A stretch of 64,000 nucleotides of DNA from assembly GCA_018433675.1 (NCBI GenBank), contig JAHDQS010000045.1:70356-134355 (forward strand), in the 5' to 3' direction. Below the pieces are notes generated by a model. The model did not search any database. It was given only the letters and a program-made list of their open reading frames with translations, and was not told the origin of the DNA. Position 1 is the first letter of the stretch. The number at the start of each line of letters is the position of its first letter. Shown here one piece after another: positions 33,896-43,152 of the stretch. The position numbers were made by a program, and so were the translations under genes. The DNA is from Clostridia bacterium. GTDB lineage: Bacteria > Bacillota > Peptococcia > DRI-13 > SM3-B62.

Positions 33896-35154
33896 CAGGG
33901 GAAAAATCAAATCCGTTGAGTTTTTTGCTTCGCTCTTTCCAATACAGGAACTATCGCCTGTATTTTGGGGGACAGAGTGTTTCACAGATAGGGACCTGGA
34001 TTCAGACTATTGCGCTAAGCTGGCTGGTTTACAGTTTGACCGGCTCTGCTTTGTATTTGGGAATCGTGGGTTTTATCGGGCAGATCCCAATTTTGGTGTT
34101 ATCGTTTTTAACCGGGGTTTTGATGGACAGGTGGAATCGCCATCGCACCTTTATCGCCACCCAGGTTTTGACGATGATACTGGCTTTCGTGCTGTCCGCA
34201 TTAGTGTTGACCGGAAGGATAGAGGTTTGGCACATTATTGTTTTAAGCTTGTTAAACGGCTTGGTGGCTTCTTTTGAATTAACATCCAGTCAAACGTTTT
34301 TGTACCATATTATCGAGAAGAAGGAGGACATTGGTAATGCCATTGCCCTCAACTCTATGCTGGTCAACCTGGCACGTATGCTGGGACCTTCTATAGCAGG
34401 TATTCTGATTGCCAGTATAGGAGAGGGACTGTGCTTCTTTGTCAACGGTGCGAGCTATCTTCCCGTTATTGCGGCCTTGCTTCTCATGAGGGTTAAGCCT
34501 CAGCCGCCTGCCGCTTCTAAACGAAATATTTTAAAGGGGCTGCAGGAAGGGATTAACTACGCCTGTGGCTCTACTCCCATCATCTCCATCATACTGCTTC
34601 AGTCTCTGATTAGCCTGATTGGGATGCCCTTTCAGGTGCTGATGCCGGTTTTTGTTCAGGAGATTTTAAATGGCGGACCTCACGCCCTCGGTTTCATCAT
34701 GGGATGTTCCGGCGTAGGGGCTATTGTCGCCACCCTTTATCTGGCCACACGGCGGGATCCTTTCGGTCTGGTTAAATTAGTACCCGTGGCCGCCGCTATT
34801 CTGGGTGCGGGTTTGATTGCTTCTTCTTTGTCGCGTCTTACGGTGTTGTCGATGTTTTTTGCCTTGTTTACCGGCTTTGGCGCTATTCTTTTAATGGCGG
34901 TGAATAATACGGTTTTGCAGACAATAGTCGCTGACGATAAAAGGGCTCGGGTCATGAGCTTATATACTATTTCTTTTTTAGGTATTTATCCCTTTGGAAA
35001 TTTGTTGGCAGGGGGTTTGGCCAATTTAATCGGTGTACCGAACGAGTTCATGTTGAGCGGAATTTGCTGTTTGGTAGGGTCGCTGGTTTTTGCCAGCAGG
35101 TTAGGGGCTATCAAAGCCGGTATCAAGCGGCCCTCCCAGCAGGTATCTTCTTGA
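33892..35154 (+). CDS. MFS transporter (MFS_3 / EntS-like exporter family)
   Basis: Start overlaps the PKS stop (ATGA at 33892-33895); RBS AAGGAGAG. Multi-TM protein, FRNYRLYFGGQSVSQIGTW...MDRWNRH, typical of the enterobactin-exporter-like MFS family. Confidence 0.85.
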   Translation: MTGEKSNPLSFLLRSFQYRNYRLYFGGQSVSQIGTWIQTIALSWLVYSLTGSALYLGIVGFIGQIPILVLSFLTGVLMDRWNRHRTFIATQVLTMILAFVLSALVLTGRIEVWHIIVLSLLNGLVASFELTSSQTFLYHIIEKKEDIGNAIALNSMLVNLARMLGPSIAGILIASIGEGLCFFVNGASYLPVIAALLLMRVKPQPPAASKRNILKGLQEGINYACGSTPIISIILLQSLISLIGMPFQVLMPVFVQEILNGGPHALGFIMGCSGVGAIVATLYLATRRDPFGLVKLVPVAAAILGAGLIASSLSRLTVLSMFFALFTGFGAILLMAVNNTVLQTIVADDKRARVMSLYTISFLGIYPFGNLLAGGLANLIGVPNEFMLSGICCLVGSLVFASRLGAIKAGIKRPSQQVSS

Positions 35155-35183
35155 AAACCGAAATATGGGGAGAGGTGAGATGA

Positions 35184-37265
35184 GTGGGTGAAAGGATCGA
35201 TTTAAAGGATAAGGTGGAGGAAGGATTACAGGACGAGGATTCGCGTCGGGGGCGTTTGAAGGCATTGAGCGTTATTAAACCAGGGATAGTGAGAATGGCA
35301 ACCCTGGAGCCTGAGTTAAGGGACAGGTTGCGGGAAATCAAAGAGAGTTCACTGGCTGATCTTCCAAGGTTGCTGGATGAGGCTGTTTGCTCGTTAAGAG
35401 AAAACGGCTGCCGGGTGCTGGTTGCCGATTCCCATGAAGAGGCCGTCCAATATATAAAGGGTATTGTCCGGCAGGGCTTGGTAGTCAAGTCTAAAACAAA
35501 TGCTGGGCAGGAGATAGGAATCTCCAGGCATCTTAAGGAACAAGGAGCAGAGGTCATCGAGACGGATCTGGGGGATCGTATCAATCAGTTGGCGGAAAGC
35601 GGTGCCAGTCATTCCCTGGCTCCCGCCATCCATATCCCGATTGAGAAGGTAGCCGAGCTTTTTGTCTCAGAAACGGGTGAGAAGTTGGAGTGCAATACAC
35701 AAGTTCTGGTGGGAGCGGCTCGGAAGAGCTTGCGGGGCTACCTGGAACGGGCGGATGTGGGTATAACCGGGGCGAACGCGATTGCTGCCGAAACCGGCTC
35801 GATCCTGCTGACGGAGAACGAGGGTAATATCAGGGCAGTGAGCGGGATGCCTCCGGTACATATTGTGATCGCCGGGGTGGAGAAAATCGTGCCAAGCCTG
35901 GACGATGCTCTTGTGGTAGCCAGGGCGGCGGCAGTTTATGGCTTGGGTCAGGACATCGGCACCTATGTCTCCGTTATTTCCGGAACCGGACGCTGCGGCG
36001 GAAGTACCCAGCAAGAGGCGGCAGGAGGCTTGGGGACCCGGGAAGTGCATGTGGTATTGCTGCGGCAAGGCCGGGAAAAAGCAATTAGAGACGGCTTTGC
36101 CCCAGCCCTTTATTGCATCAATTGCGGAAGTTGTTTGAATTTCTGTCCCGTGTACACCGAAATAGGGGAGAAGTTCGGCTATAAGTATCTGGGAGGGCGG
36201 GGAGCGGTCTTTGCAGCCTTTCATGATCAACTGCAAAAAGCGGAGGAGGCGGGGCTGGATCTTTGTCTTGGGTGTGGGAGATGTCAGGAGGTCTGCCCTG
36301 CCGGGATCAACATTGCCGAGATGGTGATGCGGCTTAAGGCAAAGGTGGTTGAAGAAAACGGGCTAAAGCCAACAGACCGTTTTTTTGTCTCGTTATTGAC
36401 GGAGGAAGAACTTCGGCACAAAATCAAGACGGCACGTGGTATTTTGAAAAAAGCGGGGTCCAAAGACCGCCTGTTTCCTGAGAGTGCTAAAGGGCGCAGC
36501 TCTGTGAAAAACCCTGTTTTGAGGGTTTCTTTTTTTGCCGGTTGCGGGGTTAATTTTCTCCGACCGCGGCTCGGAGTGGCCTTGCTGGATGTTCTCGCGG
36601 CGCAAAACGTTGAGGTTGTACGGCATGAGAATGAAGCCTGCTGCGGCATGCCCCTGTTAAAGAACGGAGCCGTGCAGGAGGCTTTAACTTTGGTAAAGCG
36701 GAATATTGCCTTGCTGGCGAAGGACGATAGTGATTACCTCTTGTTTGTGTGCCCAGCCTGTGCGGCTGCCGTGAAAAATGAATGGCCCCTCTTAGCCGAG
36801 AGAGAAGGGGCCGGTTTAACAAAACAGGCCCGGGGTTTGGCAGATAAGGTGATGGATGTCAACCGGTTTTTGACCGAGGTATTGGCCTTTAGAGGAGAGT
36901 GGCCGGACGGGGAGAGCAAGGTGACCTACCATGATCCCTGTTATCTTGCCAGGGGTCTGGGGGTGAGAGAAGAACCCCGCAAGCTTTTGCAGGCCATCAA
37001 GGGCCTAGAGCTGGTGGAAATGTCGGAACCTGACAGTTGCTGCGGTTTGGCCTCGAGTTTCAGTTTGGACTATTACAACCTGTCAAAAAGGATCGGGCTG
37101 AGGAAGGCGGAGATGATTGAAAGAACCGGAGCGGATTTTGTGGCGACAAGCTGTCCGGGCTGTATGATTCATTTAGCGAACGGGCTGCATCATCTTGCAA
37201 GGGGCAAGAGGGTGTTTCATACAATCGAATTGGCTGCTGCCGCCATGAAAGGAGGAAGCAAGTGA
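35184..37265 (+). CDS. LUD-domain / 4Fe-4S / CCG-domain oxidoreductase (LutB-LutA-like fusion)
   Basis: GTG start after GGGGAGAGGTGAG. LUD (DUF162)-like N-terminal half. Two ferredoxin motifs, CINCGSCLNFCP and CLGCGRCQEVCP. C-terminal half has two CCG motifs (EACCGMP, DSCCGLA), as in LutA/GlpC/HdrD. Confidence 0.8.
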   Translation: MGERIDLKDKVEEGLQDEDSRRGRLKALSVIKPGIVRMATLEPELRDRLREIKESSLADLPRLLDEAVCSLRENGCRVLVADSHEEAVQYIKGIVRQGLVVKSKTNAGQEIGISRHLKEQGAEVIETDLGDRINQLAESGASHSLAPAIHIPIEKVAELFVSETGEKLECNTQVLVGAARKSLRGYLERADVGITGANAIAAETGSILLTENEGNIRAVSGMPPVHIVIAGVEKIVPSLDDALVVARAAAVYGLGQDIGTYVSVISGTGRCGGSTQQEAAGGLGTREVHVVLLRQGREKAIRDGFAPALYCINCGSCLNFCPVYTEIGEKFGYKYLGGRGAVFAAFHDQLQKAEEAGLDLCLGCGRCQEVCPAGINIAEMVMRLKAKVVEENGLKPTDRFFVSLLTEEELRHKIKTARGILKKAGSKDRLFPESAKGRSSVKNPVLRVSFFAGCGVNFLRPRLGVALLDVLAAQNVEVVRHENEACCGMPLLKNGAVQEALTLVKRNIALLAKDDSDYLLFVCPACAAAVKNEWPLLAEREGAGLTKQARGLADKVMDVNRFLTEVLAFRGEWPDGESKVTYHDPCYLARGLGVREEPRKLLQAIKGLELVEMSEPDSCCGLASSFSLDYYNLSKRIGLRKAEMIERTGADFVATSCPGCMIHLANGLHHLARGKRVFHTIELAAAAMKGGSK

Positions 37266-38257
37266 AGAAAGCGAAGAAAAAGGAATTGGCCGAGTTGCGT
37301 GAAGAAGATATCAAGAGGCTGCCGGAGCTGATTGAGTTGGCCACCAAAACTTTGCAGGCCAAGGGATGCCGGGTCTATGATGCCGCTGATACCGCCCAGG
37401 CCCGGGGAATTATCGGAGAACTGCTGGTAGGACAAAAGAGAGTCGTGCGTTCTTTTAGCCAGACCCTGTACGAGATAGGCTTCGATGGACTGATGAAAGA
37501 AAAGGGAATCGAAGTAGAAAAGACGAGTACCGCTGAAATATTGTGGTCCGAAGAAGGAAGACATCCGGACGGGCTGCCTCCTTTCCCTGTCGTTGACAGA
37601 GAAAGCGCGTCTTTGTCCGAATCGGAACTGCCGTTCGCTGAAAGGGTCAGGGAGCGAGTGAAGGAGAGTGAGTACGGTATTACAGGTATTAACAGTATTG
37701 CGGCAGAAAGAGGTACTTTGGTTCTGGCAGAAAACGAAGGAAACGGCAGAACAGTCTCGAATCTTCCTTACCACCACGTGGTAGTAGCCGGTGTGGATAA
37801 GATAACAGCTTCCCTGACAGGGGCTGTGGATGTTGTTTGCTGTGCTTCCGAGCACGGTCAAAACCGTAAAGTTCCGGTTTATATTTCTTTGATTTCAGGG
37901 CCGAGCCGCACGGGGGATATAGAGTTTCGTCTTACTTACGGGATGCACGGTCCGAAAGAGGTACATGTCATCTTGCTGGATAACGGCAGGCAAGAGTTGT
38001 GCCGGCAAGGATACGGCTATTTGCTGAAATGCATTGATTGTGGGTCTTGTTGTGAGCAGTGCCGGGAAATGGCTCTTGCTAACGGATGGTCCGGCATTAC
38101 CCTGACTATGAAAGGGCTAGCCCTGGCCTTGATTGGCGGGAGAATTGCTCCTCCCGTTTTGCAAAATAGACTGGGGAATTTTTCCTGCCAGGTGGGAATC
38201 ACGCCGAAAATGGCTGCAGAGGCATTGAAAGGGCTAAACACAGTAAAATCCTTTTAG
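37262..38257 (+). CDS. LUD-domain protein (LutC-like) with C-terminal Cys cluster
   Basis: GTGA start/stop overlap with the upstream gene. ITGINSIAAERGTLVLAENEGNGR parallels ITGANAIAAETGSILLTENEGNIR in the upstream protein. CIDCGSCCEQC near the C-terminus. Confidence 0.75.
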   Translation: MKKAKKKELAELREEDIKRLPELIELATKTLQAKGCRVYDAADTAQARGIIGELLVGQKRVVRSFSQTLYEIGFDGLMKEKGIEVEKTSTAEILWSEEGRHPDGLPPFPVVDRESASLSESELPFAERVRERVKESEYGITGINSIAAERGTLVLAENEGNGRTVSNLPYHHVVVAGVDKITASLTGAVDVVCCASEHGQNRKVPVYISLISGPSRTGDIEFRLTYGMHGPKEVHVILLDNGRQELCRQGYGYLLKCIDCGSCCEQCREMALANGWSGITLTMKGLALALIGGRIAPPVLQNRLGNFSCQVGITPKMAAEALKGLNTVKSF

Positions 38258-38278
38258 GGTGCATTAAGAGAGGACAAA

Positions 38279-38287
38279 TGTTATAAT
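38279..38287 (+). promoter_or_regulatory. extended -10 promoter element (TGTTATAAT)
   Basis: TGnTATAAT match 60-70 nt upstream of the 38352 start. The -35 is weak. Confidence 0.35.
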
Positions 38288-38351
38288 GGCTCTAACGCTG
38301 TAGAAAGATATAAAAGGCGAGCAACCTTTTTTATACGAGGGAGAGATGAAT

Positions 38352-38717
38352 ATGCCTTGGTGTCCGAAGTGCAAAACGGAATTCAGGGAAGGGGTCACTG
38401 TTTGCAGCGATTGCCAAGCAGAACTGGTTGAAGAATTGCCGGTGGAGGATGAGGAAATACAGGAAGAGGAACTGCTGGAGGAAGAAGAGTGGGCATTCCT
38501 TCAAACCGTTGAAGACGACAGAGAACTCGACGTGATCGAGTCGGTCTTGAGGTCCTTCGACATTATCACATTGAGAAAATACCGGTGGGCCGGGGGGTAT
38601 TTAAAGGTTGTGATGGGCGTGTCCACCTTTGGAGTGGATTTGTATGTACCGGAAAGCCGGTTGGCGTTGGCCCGGGAAGTATTAAACGGCGATTTTGAGG
38701 ATGTTGAGCAGGAATAA
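38352..38717 (+). CDS. zinc-ribbon / DUF2007-like small protein
   Basis: CPKC...CSDC zinc ribbon, an acidic linker, then a small alpha/beta domain. RBS GAGGGAGAG favours the ATG at 38352 over 38346. Confidence 0.6.
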   Translation: MPWCPKCKTEFREGVTVCSDCQAELVEELPVEDEEIQEEELLEEEEWAFLQTVEDDRELDVIESVLRSFDIITLRKYRWAGGYLKVVMGVSTFGVDLYVPESRLALAREVLNGDFEDVEQE

Positions 38718-38946
38718 ATCGATAAGTTCAACGTTTTAGCTCCCCCAGTATTTATTGAAAATCACCAAGTGACGACAATAGTAATAAAATAGGAGTAATA
38801 TGTAAACTAATAATGCTCTAAACTGCCTATATTTACCAGGACATGATTAGAGGATATTCGACATATTAGGGAGAATTAACAAAAGGGTAGGATAAACAGT
38901 CTAGATCAAAGCAATGTGATGAAGCTGGAGAAAAGGAGGTGAAACG

Positions 38947-40851
38947 GTGAAGATAAAACACCGCCAGCGGTGGTTTTTTTGTATTTTGGCGGCAATTTTC
39001 CTGTTAGTTAGTATTCCTGTATGGGGAGCCGCGGATGGGTTTGTTACCGGTAATGTGGTAAATGTGCGCAGCGGAGCCGGTACGTCTTATTCGATCATTG
39101 CCAAAGCGGAAGCCGGTCAACGGTTTGAGCTGTTGGAACGTTCAGGCGATTGGCAGAAGGTTACTCTACATACCGGGCAGGTAGGTTGGATGCATATTGA
39201 TTATATCCAGGCTAAAGAGGTTATTAAGAAGGTTATTGTCAAAGGCAATGTGGTTAATTTGCGTACAGGGCCGGGAACCGGATATGCCAAGGCCGACCAG
39301 GTGTCGTCAGGCACATCCCTTTCCGTTTATCAGGAAAAAGACGGTTGGTATCAGGTATATGTGAACGGACCGGGCCTATGCTGGATTGCAGGCTGGCTGG
39401 TTGAGGATGCGGTCTCAAGTTCGAGCTACATAGTGGTCAAGACCGAGGTCCTTAATGTGAGAAGCGGTCCGGGTACCAATTATTCTCTTGCCACCAAAAT
39501 TGGGATGAATGAAAAGCACGCTGTTATTCAGGAAGATAACGGCTGGTATAAAATAGCTATCGGAAGTGTTCAAGGCTGGGTCAGCGGTGATTATGTAGAT
39601 GTTATTCGCCCGGACGGTCAGACGGTGGTTGCACCTAATCCTCCGGATACGGGCGGTGAATCTGAAGGAAACGCTTCCGAGCCGTCCAATAAAACAGTGA
39701 TAGTAAACGGCGGTGTGGTGAATGTAAGGAGTGCGGGCTCATTGAACGCCCAAGTTGTTGCCAAGGTTTATGCGGGGGAACGTTTGACGGTCACCGGACA
39801 GCAAGGTGACTGGTACCAAGTAACGTTGACAAACGGTACGAAAGGCTGGATAGCCAGTTGGCTTACAAATCCTGAAGGAACTCCATCTGCTTCGCAGGAT
39901 AACAGTGCTGCGGAGAGTGATGTTCTCATCGCACCTATTACTGAGGGTAAAGTATTCAAAATCGTTAATGACAGAGGGAGTCCCGTTCTGGTATTGGAAG
40001 GTTGGAACACTGATGAATACAGGGTCAGACAGGATTCGGGAACGGAAAACACTTTAATATTGGAAATGGACGGAGCCTGTGAAAGAAACTACACCGGCAA
40101 GGTGACAAACCTGGGAATAACTGAGGTTAGTATTAAGCCTGTTTCCGGAAAGGGGCAAATAAGGCTCACATTTACGTTTCCTCCGGTTACGGCTGTTGCA
40201 TACGATACTGCCCATAAGGTCGCTCGGATACGTGTCAGTACCGGTACCGCACAGACGAAGGAATTGACAGGGAAGGTCATTGTGATTGACCCCGGTCATG
40301 CCAGTGTACAGCCGGGTGGTTGGTTGGATCCGGGCGCAATAGGCAACAGGCTTGGGCTTCAGGAAAAGGATGTTAATTTGAGTGTTTCCCTTAAGCTGAA
40401 GACTCTCTTGGAAAATGCCGGGGCCAGGGTTGTCATGACCCATGCGGGGAGCACAAACTTGTCATTGGCCGGGCGAGCGAATGTTGCCAACAGCATTAAC
40501 GCAGATATCTTTGTCAGCGTTCATGCCAATTACAATAACAACAGCAGTATTGCAGGACATTCCGTTTATTATTATGCTCCTTCCTCCAATCCGGTGTTGG
40601 CCTCCCAAAGGTACAGTCGACAAAAGCTGGCTACCATGGTACAGAGGGAAATGGTTAAGGCCGGAGGGAGAAGTGATTTGGGCACTAAGGAGAGCAACTT
40701 TGCTGTATTGCGGGAAACGAGGGTGCCCTCCATCCTGATTGAAACGGCCTATCTTTCCAATAGTATTGAGGAGGCAATGTTGGCAAGCGACGCTTTCCGG
40801 CAAAAATTAGCTGAAGGTATTTCCAACGGGATAGTTGCATATTTCAAATAG
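38947..40851 (+). CDS. secreted N-acetylmuramoyl-L-alanine amidase with four SH3b repeats
   Basis: GTG start 7 nt after GGAGG; signal peptide. Four repeats of the form VVNVRSGPGT..Y......G......DGWYKV. C-terminal Amidase_3 motifs VIVIDPGHA, DIFVSVHAN, LIETAYLSN. Confidence 0.9.
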   Translation: MKIKHRQRWFFCILAAIFLLVSIPVWGAADGFVTGNVVNVRSGAGTSYSIIAKAEAGQRFELLERSGDWQKVTLHTGQVGWMHIDYIQAKEVIKKVIVKGNVVNLRTGPGTGYAKADQVSSGTSLSVYQEKDGWYQVYVNGPGLCWIAGWLVEDAVSSSSYIVVKTEVLNVRSGPGTNYSLATKIGMNEKHAVIQEDNGWYKIAIGSVQGWVSGDYVDVIRPDGQTVVAPNPPDTGGESEGNASEPSNKTVIVNGGVVNVRSAGSLNAQVVAKVYAGERLTVTGQQGDWYQVTLTNGTKGWIASWLTNPEGTPSASQDNSAAESDVLIAPITEGKVFKIVNDRGSPVLVLEGWNTDEYRVRQDSGTENTLILEMDGACERNYTGKVTNLGITEVSIKPVSGKGQIRLTFTFPPVTAVAYDTAHKVARIRVSTGTAQTKELTGKVIVIDPGHASVQPGGWLDPGAIGNRLGLQEKDVNLSVSLKLKTLLENAGARVVMTHAGSTNLSLAGRANVANSINADIFVSVHANYNNNSSIAGHSVYYYAPSSNPVLASQRYSRQKLATMVQREMVKAGGRSDLGTKESNFAVLRETRVPSILIETAYLSNSIEEAMLASDAFRQKLAEGISNGIVAYFK

Positions 40852-40854
40852 TAC

Positions 40855-40881
40855 GAGCCCTGCCAAGGCGGGGCTTTTTTC
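40855..40881 (+). terminator. rho-independent terminator
   Basis: GAGCCCTGCCAAGGCGGGGCTTTTTT immediately after the amidase stop. Confidence 0.6.
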
Positions 40882-40997
40882 TTGCTTGTCCATAGAAAAT
40901 TTATGATGGTTTATCTGACGGAAGCATGATAACATGGTATACTGATATATGTTTACAATAGTTTTCCCAGGACTTATGATTTATGGAGGGGTTTGAA

Positions 40998-41519
40998 GTG
41001 TTGGGCGTTTTAGGAGGATATCTGCTGGTTTTTGCTGCTCGTGTCTGTGATGTTTCAATGTGCACCGTTCGTACGTTAATGGTGGTCAGAGGCAAAAAAT
41101 TCTATGCCGCTTTAATCGGCTTTTTTGAGGTAATAATATATGTGCTGGTTTTGAATAAAGTATTCGCCAACCTGGACAATCCTTTAAACATAATCTTCTA
41201 TGCCGCTGGTTTTGCAACGGGGAATATTGTCGGCGGTGTAATAGAGGAAAAGTTGGCAGTGGGTGTTCTGACTGTGCAAGTTATTACTATGAAATCGCCG
41301 TTGGAGCTGACCGAAATACTGAGGAAACAAGGATATGGAGTAACTTTGATAGAGGGGCAGGGACGCGAAGGAGTCCGTTATATTTTGCAAATAATCTTGG
41401 TGAGAAAAATGTTGTGTAAACTGAAAAAGACAATCGACGATTGGGATTCCCATGCTTTTTGGACGGTATTTGATGCCCGTCAAACAAGAGGAGGAGTTCT
41501 TCTCCGCAAGGGCAAATAA
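40998..41519 (+). CDS. UPF0316 / DUF2179 family membrane protein
   Basis: Three TM helices plus a C-terminal DUF2179-like domain (GYGVTLIEGQGREG). GTG at 40998 sits 7 nt after GGAGGGG; the alternative ATG is at 40983. Confidence 0.8.
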   Translation: MLGVLGGYLLVFAARVCDVSMCTVRTLMVVRGKKFYAALIGFFEVIIYVLVLNKVFANLDNPLNIIFYAAGFATGNIVGGVIEEKLAVGVLTVQVITMKSPLELTEILRKQGYGVTLIEGQGREGVRYILQIILVRKMLCKLKKTIDDWDSHAFWTVFDARQTRGGVLLRKGK

Positions 41520-41551
41520 CATGCGTTAATTCCCGGGAATGGGGTGGAAGA

Positions 41552-42358
41552 ATGGTAAAAAACTTAACAGCACCGGTGGGTGTGTTTGATTCGGGTGTTG
41601 GTGGACTGACTGTAGTACTGGAAATGTTGCGGCAAATGCCTTATGAAAGTTTGCTGTACTACGGTGATACAGCCCATGTGCCTTATGGACCGCGGGAGCC
41701 ACAGGAGCTTAAAGGGTTTGCCTTTTCAATAACGGAGCATCTGGTGAAACAAGGTTGCAAAATGGTAATAATTGCCTGTAATACGAGTACTTCACTTGCT
41801 TATGAGGAATTATGCGCCGGCTTTAGAATTCCAATAATTGGGGTGATTGAGCCTGGTGTCGATAAGGCGTTGGAGACTACGAAAAATATGAAGGTCGGAG
41901 TGATTGCAACATCGGCAACCGTCAACAGCGGAGTATATCAGAATCTTTTAAAACAGAAAAATCCCGATATTGACGTTTTTGCTGCATCCTGTCCCTCGTT
42001 TGTACCGCTGGTTGAAGCAGGAAAAACGGAGGGAGAGCAGGCCGAGGCTGCTGCAGAGCTATATTTAAGACCGTTGGTGGAAAAGGGAATAGACACCCTC
42101 ATTCTTGGTTGTACCCATTATCCGTTTTTGCTGTCGGTGATAACAAAAACTATAGGACCTTTCGTTACAAGTGTTGATCCGGCCAGAGAAACGGTAAGTC
42201 GAGCTAAAAAGACTTTAGAGGATATCGGCGGATTAAGACCGGAAGGAGAACCCATGCACCGGTTCTGCTCAAGCGGCGATGCGGTTAAGTTCAGGAAAAC
42301 TGCGACTGTTTTTTTAGGACGGGATATAGGCAGGGCGGAGAGGGTTTGTCTTGATTGA
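41552..42358 (+). CDS. murI: glutamate racemase
   Basis: VGVFDSGVGGLTV; IIACNTST; LGCTHYPFL. Confidence 0.95.
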   Translation: MVKNLTAPVGVFDSGVGGLTVVLEMLRQMPYESLLYYGDTAHVPYGPREPQELKGFAFSITEHLVKQGCKMVIIACNTSTSLAYEELCAGFRIPIIGVIEPGVDKALETTKNMKVGVIATSATVNSGVYQNLLKQKNPDIDVFAASCPSFVPLVEAGKTEGEQAEAAAELYLRPLVEKGIDTLILGCTHYPFLLSVITKTIGPFVTSVDPARETVSRAKKTLEDIGGLRPEGEPMHRFCSSGDAVKFRKTATVFLGRDIGRAERVCLD

Positions 42359-42417
42359 AGCAGGGAAGAATAAATAAAAGAAAAGGTTAATCAGCAAAAG
42401 AAGATGGAGTGATGATT

Positions 42418-43152
42418 ATGGTTAGAAAAGATGGCAGAAAAAAAGAAGAATTGAGACCGGTAAAGCTGTCCGCTGATTACATTAAATATGCGGAGGGCTC
42501 TGTTTTGATAGAGATGGGGGAAACAAAGGTCATTTGCAACGCAACTATTGAGGACAGAGTTCCGCCCTTTTTGAAGGGAATGAATAAAGGCTGGGTTACC
42601 GCCGAATATTCAATGCTCCCACGGTCAACGCCCGTGAGAAACCAGAGAGAGGCTATTAGGGGCAGGATCAGCGGTCGTACCAACGAGATACAGCGATTAA
42701 TAGGGCGTTCCCTGCGTGCCGTTGTTGACTTGGAAGCTTTAGGGGAGCGTACAGTGACTTTGGATTGTGATGTTTTGCAAGCCGATGGTGGAACCCGGAC
42801 GGCTGCAATAACCGGTTCGTTTGTGGCCCTGGTAATTGCCTTAAGGAAGCTTGTGCAAGAGGGTGTCTTAGAAAAAATGCCTATTAGGGATTGGTTGGCA
42901 GCGGTGAGTGTCGGGAAGGTGGAAGATGACCTTGTACTTGATCTTTGCTTCACCGAGGATTCCGGTGCCGTGGTTGATATGAATATTGTGATGACGGGTA
43001 AAGGACAATTTGTGGAGATTCAAGGAACGGCAGAAGGTTATCCCTTTACCGAGAAAGAATTGAGCGGGCTATTGGATTTGGGAAAAAAAGGCGTAAGTGA
43101 ATTAATAGAATTACAGAAGAGTATACTTGCGGAGGAAGGATATGAGTTCTAA
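42418..43152 (+). CDS. rph: ribonuclease PH
   Basis: [13 protein letters not shown]...[12 protein letters not shown]...[22 protein letters not shown] lies 8 nt upstream of the ATG at 42418; the track start is 42409. Confidence 0.95.
   Translation: MVRKDGRKKEELRPVKLSADYIKYAEGSVLIEMGETKVICNATIEDRVPPFLKGMNKGWVTAEYSMLPRSTPVRNQREAIRGRISGRTNEIQRLIGRSLRAVVDLEALGERTVTLDCDVLQADGGTRTAAITGSFVALVIALRKLVQEGVLEKMPIRDWLAAVSVGKVEDDLVLDLCFTEDSGAVVDMNIVMTGKGQFVEIQGTAEGYPFTEKELSGLLDLGKKGVSELIELQKSILAEEGYEF

Noticed and set aside
68-33985. More than 150 ORF-track entries of 60-230 aa in other frames or on the minus strand inside the three PKS genes (for example 960-1466 minus, 9567-10097 minus, 19717-20328 minus, 24651-25178 plus, 30365-31066 minus).
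   Set aside because: All lie wholly inside long reading frames whose translation shows continuous, motif-perfect PKS domains. Their own translations are Arg/Pro/Ser/Gly-rich and low-complexity, as expected for off-frames of G+C-rich coding DNA. None has a convincing RBS.
38718-38946. Sporulation (sigma-E/K-like) promoter CATATTAG upstream of the SH3b amidase.
   Set aside because: The match is to a very degenerate consensus in A+T-rich DNA, and I could not find a properly spaced -35 element. It is not reported as a feature.
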